From the NCBI RefSeq assembly GCF_004010195.1, contig NC_057720.1, forward strand, positions 4,186,651-4,250,650: DNA of 64,000 nt, read 5' to 3'. This DNA comes from Chiloscyllium plagiosum. Its lineage: Eukaryota. The notes beneath the pieces are model-generated. The model worked only from the letters and a program-made list of their open reading frames with translations, searched no databases and had not been told where the DNA came from. The position numbers and the translations under genes were made by a program. Shown here piece after piece: positions 53,570 through 64,000 of the stretch (position 1 is the first letter of the stretch; each line of letters starts with the position of its first letter).

Positions 53570-55435
53570 TATTTTAAGTATAGATCCAGCTCAGTGAGGT
53601 AATGAACTTATAATTAAATGCTCTGGGTTTTTGTCATCAATACTGCTTTGTGAATAAATTTAGCAACTTTTTTGCAAAAAAACCCTGCACGCCATTGTAG
53701 CTGGTGCAATTTACATAATTACATACTTGGCTTGCCAGTAGTCTAGTTTTGGAGCACATTTGGGTGGTGCAGAAAATTTCCAAATGTATTTTTTCATCCA
53801 GAATTGTTCTAACTAGTAACTAGTGAGAAATTCAGTTTGCTCATCACTGTTGTGTGTAACTCTTTTAAAGTTTACAAGCCTTTTCACTCCTTTAGACCCC
53901 TCTCTAATTTTGACTTTTTTTACAATGAATAGACACATTCAGTCCCATTCAATGAAGTCATGATTGATCTGTTTGTTCTAATCTTCATGTTCTTATCTAC
54001 ACCCAATTAACCTTTGGTTTTGTTTCCACCTTGAATACTTGACTAAAAAGAATTATTCTTTTTCTTTCTCCGGAAACCCCATTCTAAAGTGTGCCAAACA
54101 TCTGAGTGAGGAAGAAACCTGTCTGCTGTGTCCTAAAAAGGTGACCCTTAATTTTAAATGTTTCCTCATTCTGGATTCACCCATATGAGGAGATATTTTC
54201 TGTCAAAGCTTTCCTTCAAATTCCAGTAAGGTTTCTTGGAGTCCTTTAGTATTTGAATGCTATATATAAATGAAATGCATATCTGTTTTTAAAATTAGGT
54301 GTGCATTTTCCCAGTTCTGCACAACTGCTGATCCTGGATTCAGACTTGAAGTTTCATCATTGCCAAAGAGTGAGGGATTGTTTTTATATAACTTGCTGTA
54401 CTTTCATTCAGATTGAGATTTTGATCTTGTCCAGAAGCTGGTCATGCATAAAAGTTTAAAATTTGGAAACAGGTTGCGATGAGCAAGGAGTGTTACATTA
54501 ATTCTCACTTTTGTTTTGCCGATCTTTTTCTTGAATTGTGCCATTGGGTGTGGGCTTTGAGTATCCGGTTGCATTCATTGTTTGACCCCTATTCTCTTAA
54601 CTGAACTTCAAAATACTGTGAATGCTGAAAATTTGTAAAAAAACTTTTTCTTTCAAAAAAAAACTCAGCTGTGTTATCAATTTGCATCAGCACAGAAGCT
54701 CTTTTGCCAGAACAAAAGAGAAATATAAATGGGTTTTAAGCTCTTGGAAGGGTTGGATGGGCATTGGGAGCAGGAATAACAAGGGAAAGTATCTTTGGGG
54801 TTAGTCCTGATGAGATTGCATTATTTCATGATGCAATAACCAAAAATAATGACAGTAGATCTTTTGAAGAAACTGTGTGGCTGTCCAAATGAGGTGCAAC
54901 ACAAGTTTGGAACCTTTGCAGGACATTGGAAAGCAGCTGTTTATAATACAGAAAATATTCATACGTCATGTTTTTAAAATTGCAACTATGTTTAGGATTG
55001 CATTTGTAAATTGGGGAACTTTTTTTAAACTGCATGTTCTGAACTCAACCTCTGGGCAGGCTATACCAATGGCATATGGTGAAATTGAAATCATTGGAGG
55101 CATTGGCTCTATACCAGATGAGTGCCACGCAATGAGATGGAATTAATTCATGATCTGTGTACTTGCCTCTAGGTAGCAGAAAGAGTAAAATTCTGAATAT
55201 TATATTCTGCTTCAGCGAGAGGAAGATGGGTCCAGGACTAAAATCTTAAACTTGAATCAGGCACAAATAGACATTAACTTGGTTGTCTTTAAAATTCATT
55301 CATAGGATGTAAGTATCACTTTTTGGGGCCATCATTCTTTTGCCATCCTTTGGAGGTGATGAGCTACATTCGTCAACCATTGCATTCGATATGATGTAGG
55401 TAGGTCAAGGGTTTAGGTCCCTGCTAATGGATGAA

Positions 55436-55566
55436 GATTCCTGAAGAAGGGCTTATGCCCGAAACGTCAATTCTCCTGCTCCTTTGCTGCCTGATCTGCT
55501 GCGCTTTTCCAGCAACACATATTTTTCAGCTCTGATCTCCAGCATCTGCAGTCTTCACTTTCTCCT
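55436..55566 (+). mobile_element. Short PLE-terminal-repeat element with an intact hammerhead core
   Basis: gattcCTGAAGAaGGGCttatGCCCGAAAcgtcaattc followed by the family tail ending ctcactttctcc. Confidence 0.85.
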
Positions 55567-58500
55567 ATGTATCAGTTTAACCTTAGTAAGCTTAGAATAA
55601 AGCCATTGGGAGGTATTTTAAAACTGCTTTTGAAGTAGTCAACAGAGGAATGGGAATTGGTTCTCGCTGGATCATCAGCCACTCGTTGGACAGGTGCAGC
55701 TTGTTTTCCCATCAGGCTAGTAAATCATGCACTTGACGTCACTTGCTAATTTATCTCTGGTTAAACAAGCAAGTTCTGTTTATCTTCTGTGATTTGGGTT
55801 GTTAAATTTTTAATGCACTTGAGCAAGCTCTGATAATTTTCTTAAAGGGGGGCAATGAGTTTCATCCTTTGCTTAATGTCCCTTTTTTAACATTATTCTT
55901 AACATTTTTGTTTCTTTTCCTCACCTTGATATTTGTATTTGCATTTCCACCTTTTTGGCTCCACAACAATAAATCAAGTATTGGGGGGGGTATATAGCCA
56001 GAATACAATGGAGCAAGTCATAATGTCTGTTGCAAGTTGATGCTATGCATTTTTCTTTTGTGGCTGACAATGACCCCAAGGATTTTATGCAGTCTTATCT
56101 CCTATATAGAATGTTATTACATTGCTCTGAGATTAGTGCATGAAATCATGTATCATATGAGTAGCAAGAGTTCTAAATTTGTGTGCCTGTAATAATTGTT
56201 TAAGCCTGTGTTGAGTTCTGTGGTAGAATTTGTAGCTTTTCTTGGATACGTTTGAGATGTTTTTGGAGTAATTTTGCTTTGAATAGAAAAGGAATTGAGT
56301 CATGTGTAAGTTAGTAAACATCTGAGAAACTTCTTAGCTTTTGCTGAACATGGATATGATTGTAATGTTAATTCACTTTAGAATCAAACAAGAAGAGGGA
56401 AGCTGAACAGATTCTTGCTGAAAGCAGTTATGACAAATCAAGTGAGATGTTGGCCATACTGGATAATGGAGTCAATAAGGTTGAGGGGATTTCCTTTATT
56501 AGTTAACTTGTTTTGATGGTTGGGGCAAGAATATTTCTTTGATCAACAGACATGAATTTAAGATTAGCACAGATGAAAAATATTTTGAGCACAAAATGCT
56601 TTGTCATTTGAGGTAGATTCATTTACATCTTTAATGTTTATCCAGCTTTCCCTCAATCAGAAAAATTCAAAGTTCTGAAAAAAATTTTGGAAAGGTTCAG
56701 AATGTTTCAGCAAAAAGTGGACAGCTACAATGGACTGAATAGTCTATTTTACTGAACCTTGTGATAATTGTTGCCTTTTGGGACTCTAGCTTGAGTACCT
56801 TGAGAAAGCTATAATTATTTATTTTCCAGAATTATTTCCCCCAAATTTTTCTAACTCTTTTTGGCAGCTTTCAAACATTTTACCCTCTAGTACCTGGAAG
56901 GGTGAGGGTAGGAATGCATGGGAAAATTCTTCTCCAACTCATGCAACGTATTGACTTGGAACTAAATCACTATGTTCAATATCATTGGGTTCAAATCTTG
57001 GAATTCCCTTCCTGACACCATTTGCACTGCATCAATTCAAAAATGGAGAGCTGACTTGGGTTGGAGGCATTCAGGGCAGTGGACTTGGGACCTTAATGAA
57101 ATCTTTATTTAATGACTAGCAGGCTTGAAGGGTTTTATAGTGTAAACTTCCTTCTAAGGTGATATGTTATAAGTGGCCAACCACACTCTTGAGGGTAATT
57201 AGGAATGGGTATAACTGAAATAAATGGTGTCCTTACCAACGACGCCTACAGCATGAGTGAATTTAAAAAGTCTAGAATTTTAATCTGTTTTCATGACTCA
57301 AGATTATGTGGCTACTTGAATTTGTTGAAATTGTATTAGTAAACTGTACAATCAATGACTCAGGCAGGCTTAATGGTCTTGTGTATAGTAATATTTGGTA
57401 TAAATGTTGTAGGCTTCAGTGCTAAGTGGGTAACCAGCAGTAAGACTGTTTGTTTATTTGTATATTTTTATCTGTGTTTTCTCTCAATATTGACCTAGCA
57501 CAAAGAACAGACTACCAAAAGCTAGAATTTGTTGACCAGGATGTAAATTAACGGTTTGGTTCTGCTATCAGAGTCCACATCCTGTGTTAATTGCTTGAGG
57601 AACCGATAGATAAAATTAGTTCAGAAAGCTGTGTTATGGAATTGCATTGGCTTGAAGCACACCCTCCCTCCCACTTTATTTCCACTTGTGTAATAGTATG
57701 AACATCATTTTTATTTAAAGTGTACCTTCCAGCCAGTGCTAGTTTTCTTTTGGATCAAATTTTGTTGTTTTTGTTTTATTCATGGGATGTGGTATGGGAG
57801 GCTAGCATTTATTGCCCATCCTTAGACTGTGGTGGTGAGTCACTGTTTTGAGCCACTGCTGTCATCTATTTGACCAAGGGTAGAAATCAGAGTCCTAGTC
57901 CTCTCCCTGACCTTAGCACAGTGGGTTCCTTATAGTCATGGGACCTAATGTCTCCCTCTGTCCTGGATCCCGAGTGTAACCACACTGTGTAGTGTTGTTC
58001 AGGCATTCCTGAATCTTGATCCAGTGCTAATGAAGTAATAGTGACTGATATAGTTCCAAATCAGAAAGATGTGTGGTTGGGAGCAAAACTTGCAACACTT
58101 TGGATAGTACAACTATGAAGCACCTTTGCTATTTTGTGGATTTGAAAATACTACATTTATTAAAACTGCTGTGGTTTTGAGGCCTAAAGAATAAATGAAC
58201 ATTCTGGGTAAAACTAGAGAATTTTTTTTTTAGCCAAGACTGCTTATCTGAGACTATCAAATAAGATGTTAAATAGAAATTGGGGTGATCGCTTGCTGGC
58301 TTAGAATATTGTAGGGAAAGGTACTGATTTGGAAGTATGTCCAGACAGTGATCTGTTACAACAATTACATTCATCCTGTTGTAGTCAGATTTTTTGATTC
58401 GTTGAGCATGTCAAGCAAGAATGGCTTTCAGTGTCTCTGAAAATCAAGTTGCCAGCGCAATGTGTACTAGAGCTGACCAGCTACCTGAACTGAGAATCTT

Positions 58501-60224
58501 CCATCACCCTCATGCAACCTGACCTTGTTGACAAAAACCAAAAGAATTGAGAAAATCGCATCTGCCTAACCTTGGACACTTGATTTGTAAGATCTTTTTA
58601 GAATTTTTTCCCCCCATAATCTCTACATGTAACTCCAGACCCACAGCAATGTGGTTGATTCAACTGCCCTCTGGGCAATTAGGGATGTGCAATAATTGCT
58701 AGCCGAGCACAATGCCATCATCCTGCAATAAATTTAAAATTCCTATACTACCAAATAAATTAAAGTCCTTCCTCAGGTCAACCCCTCTTCTTTTTAAGAG
58801 AAGAGGGTAGCTTTTAGAAATGCAAGGTCTTGAATGGATCAGTGGATGGAGTGGGGGTTGGGGAGGGGATTCCAGACCAGGTAAGGATAGCACTTCCCTT
58901 CTTTAAAGGACATTAGTGACCCAGACGGGTTGTCATTTACACTGTTAATTCCAGCTTTTTATTCCGTTCTAAACCACCATCTGCTATGGTGAGATTCAAA
59001 CCTGCATCCACAGAATGTTACTGAAGTCTCTGGATTAATAGACCAGTGATAATACCATTTAGGCCATTGCCTCCCCTCTAGGAGATGGTTTTTGTGTAGT
59101 GGGGAATATATGGCAGGCCATAAATAGATGATCACTAACAAACTGATAAGGAATTCAGGAGGAACTTTACCCAAAGTGATAAAGCAGCATGCTAACACAT
59201 GCAATGGTTGAAACAAAAGCCATAAATACATTTTTAAAGTGAATCTAGATAAACATCTGAGGGAGAAAAGTCTGAGCATTTATGGAGAGCCAGTGATAGC
59301 ATAGGAGTGAAGAAGCCAGTGATTTAGACCAGTTGGGGTCTGCTTTGTTTCTTTGCTCTTACTTCTGAACAAATATTGAAACCATAGATTCTCATTTAGC
59401 TACAAATTTTATCAATTAATAAATTTGCTATTGTAGTGACACAATTGAATAAATTTCAGAGTTTACCTATTTTTATGACAGTTGCTAACACCATCCTGAA
59501 TTTAAATTTGATATTTCCCCTTGATCCTTATATCAAAATTTTAGACGTTGCCAATTTTACATTGAAGTTTGGTAGTATTTTCTTGACTGAATTTATTTCT
59601 ATTTTGTGGCCTATTAAAGTGATCAGCATCACTTCAACCACTCCCCATTCTTCTTTTGTCAACTTAGAGTAAATTTTAAGTAGTTTATAAGTAAAAGCAG
59701 ATGTGTAGACTATTTTTATCTTTGATGGAATCCAGGTACTGTTGGCAAAGCCAGCATTTACCTCCCATCCCTAAATTGCCCTTAAATTAAATGACTTCTT
59801 GACCATTTTAGAGGGTAATCTTAGGTAAGGATGGCAGATTTCCTTACCTAAAGCATATTAGTGAACCAGGTGTTTTAGTGTTGGTGATAATCTTGATAAG
59901 TGTCTGTGAAACTATTTTTTTAAATTCCAGACTTGTGAAGCATTAAAATTCCAGTAGCTGCTGTGGTAGGATTTGAAATCTGTCCCTGGAGCAATAAACT
60001 GGGTCTCAACAGAATACAATACAGGAAATATGTAAAATCATTAAACTCCAAAGACAGATCTAAAAGTAACAGGGGGTAGTTTATGCAAGAGGAGCTTCTG
60101 GTTAGTATGCTAATTCTGCAAATAGATACAGAACTGTTTTCTTAATTTTAAGTGCGTTACTAAGAACATTTTGAATAGAGTTTTGATGAAGGCAGTAGCA
60201 TGAATTGATGTGTACTAGTGCTGT

Positions 60225-60865
60225 TGCAGATAGGGCAATGAAGAAGGCTTTTGGCACATGTCATCAGTCAGGGCATTGAGTATAGAAGTTGGGATGTTAT
60301 GGTACAGTTGTACGGGATGTTGGTGAGGCCGTATTTGGAGTATTGTTCAGTTTTGGTCACCTTCCTATAGGAAGGAGGTTATTAAACTGGACAGTGTGCA
60401 GAAGAAATTTACAAGGATGTTGCCTGGACTCATGGTCTGAGTTACAAGGAGAAGTTGACAAGCTAGACTTTTTACTTTAGAGTGTAGGAGACTGAGGGGA
60501 TCTTAGAGTGTATAAGATCATGAGCAATATGGATAGGGTGAATGCACTCAATCATTTCCCAGGGTTGGGGAATTGAAGATGAAAAGGCAACAGTTTAAGG
60601 TCCAAGGGGAAATAATAAAAGGGAATCTAAGGTGTACCAACCTGCGAAGAAAAAAGTTGCACATATGGAATGAGCTGCCAGCGGAAGTAGTTGAGGCAGG
60701 TATAATAACACTTAAAAGGCATGTGATCAAATATATGGATAGGAACAGTTTAGAAGGATATGGACCACGTGCAGGGAAATGGGGTTAGTGTGGATGGGCA
60801 TTTTGGTCGGCATGGACCAGTTTGGGCCAAAGGGCCTGTCTTCATGCTGTAGGACTCTGACTCTA
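60225..60865 (+). mobile_element. CR1 LINE 3' fragment
   Basis: Homologous to 21530-22190. Confidence 0.85.
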
Positions 60866-62969
60866 ATTGTAGAATAATATACAAGAAACTGCTAGCCAAG
60901 TCAACATTTTTATTGGAAAGCCATTGTTTCCACCAATTGACACATTTACCTACATGTATGTAGGTCTGGTCGTGGTATCCATATTCCACACCTATTGTAA
61001 AAATAGGTGGAGGCAGAAGCTGGAAGACAGAGACCTCATTCTTAATACTTTTTCAAAAGACCAGTAAGTATTTTTTTTTTTCTTGCCAGCAGTCAAAGAA
61101 TTCTCTTTTCCAGAAAGTAGTGGCGGCTGGACCTTCTAACTCAGCCTTCATAAAGTTCTCTTTTGATAGACATAAGAGATTAAGTTAAACATGATGTAGA
61201 TAGAAAAAAATGGAGATGTGACCACAAACTGATCAGCCATGATCCTATTGAAGGATGGAGCAAGTTTGAAAGACCAATTGGCCTATCCCTGCCCTTTTGC
61301 TCCAATTGGTCTGGCTTTCTATCTTTTGTAGAAAAGAGAGCAAGAAAGTGCAATGGTTGTTAGAATCTTGTGAGTAAATGGTAACTACCTATTCTCTATT
61401 TACCGTCTGAAGTGAGGATGGCTGTGTAGTAAGATTTCTGAATTCTGAAAGAATACCAAGGAGGACCTATTCTAAACCAGTGTGCATTACACTGACTGCC
61501 TGTGCTGAATTGTCTCAGTTGAATCCTCTTATTAAAACCACACAAAAGACAAACAACGCATATGGATTGATAAAATGTCTGTTATGAAGGAGATTGGGGG
61601 AATTAGTAAACTTGTTCTGTATATAAGTATTGTGACATAAACAAATGATTGTCAAACTTTTTTAAACATTCATTTCCAGATTTAATCACACTAAATTGAA
61701 ATTTTGGCTTTTAAATTCCCATTCTCTGGGCTACTGGTCTAGTAACATGACTGTTCCACTACTATACATGTATCTCATCTGATTTTAATGTTTCCTCAGC
61801 ATCCAACTCCAACATTTTGGATTTTGCATCTATCGATCGATGGAGTGGATTTGAGTAATGAGCAGTGACTTGTATAAACCTAGATGCCAATTTGAAATGC
61901 ACTAGTCATTCTGCTATCATACAACAGTTATGTTCCTCAGCAACCTCATGCTGTAGAAAACAGCTGTGGAAGATTGCTGTAGAAAATTGCTATATCCATT
62001 CAGTAGAAAGTTTTGCATTGTCCAAACAGCATCCATAATTCATTAATTGCATTACAGCCAATTCATGTTATGAAGTGGATGTTATACCAGAACAATCTGT
62101 AACTTCTTGATTCTGAGTAATGTAGTTTTGAGATTTGTCACTTTCTGCATTTTGCAGCTCAATGAGGGCTGCAGCTGTGAACTGTAGTCTTCCATTTGAA
62201 TCCTCTGGAGTTTGTTCTCACTTTTTTTAATGCTGGTATTTGAAAGCAGCACCTCTATCTAGGCTGGGTTGTGAAACAGATGCCTCCCAGTTTCACTCTA
62301 GTAGGTGGTGTGAGTGCAAGGATCTTGACAGCTTGCAATAAGCTTCCTATCTGGACATTCTTTGCAAGAACACAGCTATTAATATTAATTACATAAAGGC
62401 TTTGAGTAATGTTTAAATATAACTTTCAAAGAGAAAATTGCCACTACTAAAAATTCACTTGAAACGTCTAATGTTCAGGCAAATTACTTATTGAGTAAGC
62501 ATTTTGACTGTGTAGACTGAGTGGATAGCAGACATTCAATTTCCATTTTGTTTTAAATGTAATTTTTGTTTTCAAGAAGCTTTTTTTTTCAGAGAAACTG
62601 TTGGCCTTGGATTAAAAGAATAGTTTTTTATATTTCTATTCCTTGAAATTATTTTGTCATAATGGATAAAAGTGGTTCCTTTTCATCCAATTTTAGTGGC
62701 GTGAGTGTCATTGGCAACTCTTCCTGCTTTATTTTCTACTTTGTGAAAAGGCTTATCATTTTAAAACGTTTCTTTCAAAATAATGTGACTTTGAAAAGAG
62801 ATTTCATTAGAATCATAGAATCCCTGCAGTGTGGAAACAGGCCCTTTGTACATGACTACCCAGGTTCTAGGAAAGGAGCTAAGGGGAACAGTTGGATAGT
62901 ACTCTAAGCTAGCACAACCAAAGTATGCCAAAAGTGTTGTAAGATTCTGTTTCTGGTATATCACATCAT

Positions 62970-63840
62970 GGAACTTAAGAGCAGGAGTAGGACACTTTGA
63001 TGCCTCAAGCCAATTCTGCCATTCAATAAGATCATAAAGAAACAGGTTGTATTAACTCCATATTCCTGTTTCTGTCCCATTGTCTCCTAAAAGCCTTTTG
63101 ATTCCCTTATCTAATAAAAAAAATCACCTAATCTGGCCTTGAATAATTTCAACAACCCCAGCTTCCACTTTTTTCTCTCTGCGAAAGTTCATAGACTAAT
63201 GTCCATCAGCAATTCCACTCATTTTCTATCTTTAAAAGAGATCTCTGGGAAGTAACCTTTCTTTAATCTAATCTTTTAAGTTCTTTCAAGATCTTAAATT
63301 CCAAATCTCTCCTTTTTTTTTTCTCTAAACTCCAATGGTTAAAGGACCTACTTCATAAGGCAAACCCTTCATCCCAGGAATCAATCTTGAGTACCTTCAC
63401 TGCATTGCTTCAGATGAAGGTGTACCCTCTTCCAAATAAGACCAAAAGTTTACACTGCAATCCAGATGTGATCACACCAAACTGTAATAAAATGTTCTTT
63501 ATTCTTGTGCTACATCCCCTTCCAATAAATGCCAACATTCCATATAGCTTCCCAGTCAGTTGCTGGACCTGCAGACAAACTATACTTCATGTACCAACCT
63601 ACCAATATTCCTCTGTACCTGTAGGTGTGCAAGTTAAGTAGTTGTATCTGTATTTTCTGCCAAAATGGGCAAGTTCCCACTTCTCACATTATATTCCATT
63701 TGCCATATTTTTCCATTCGCTTAATCTGTCTATATCCATTTGCAGACTGTCCACCTTCTCTTGATGACTTGATTCCTTATTTATCTTGTCATCAGCAAAA
63801 TTATATATGTTGATCTTTTCACCCAAATTATTAATAGATT
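62970..63840 (-). mobile_element. Old CR1 LINE 3' fragment
   Basis: Degenerate similarity to 16625-17600. Confidence 0.65.
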
Positions 63841-64000
63841 TTAGAATGAAGGGTCACTGACTCGATGTGAACTCTGCTTCTGTTTATTTACACATGCTGC
63901 CAGAATTGCTATGTTTCTGCAACACTGTTTCATATTTTCAGCATCTGCACTTCTTTAGTTTTGTACCATGAATGATAAACTCTTGATTAGTTGAGCCCTG

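Noticed and set aside
54299..56441. Candidate internal exons 54299-54369 and 56382-56441 of the downstream gene
   Set aside because: Plausible AG/GT boundaries, but no recognisable protein; cannot be supported without transcripts.

Overview
Vertebrate genomic DNA, most likely an elasmobranch (shark), judged from HE1-type SINEs and abundant CR1/HER1 LINEs; there are two assembly gaps. The only host coding sequence I can support is the last four exons of a + strand guanylyl cyclase catalytic domain (9579-9731, 11804-11902, 30958-31049, 37675-37734). These exons splice in frame and end in a stop codon. The protein is NPR/receptor-GC-like but divergent, and it has an unusual intron inside the GDAY tyrosine codon. 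A CpG-island promoter at about 52.2-53.2 kb probably starts a second, unidentified + strand gene. Most of the rest is transposon-derived: nested CR1 LINEs, L2-like LINEs, SINEs, a solo LTR, a 34-bp minisatellite and two kinds of Penelope-like elements (PLEs) with GIY-YIG endonucleases. The most notable unannotated signal is a population of short (about 90-360 bp) non-coding PLE-derived elements. Many carry minimal hammerhead ribozyme cores (CTGANGA-stem-GAAA-CGTC), many are fold-back palindromes, and about ten are bounded by 8-15 bp target-site duplications, which suggests independent mobilisation. Most ORFs in the supplied track are TE fragments or chance ORFs.
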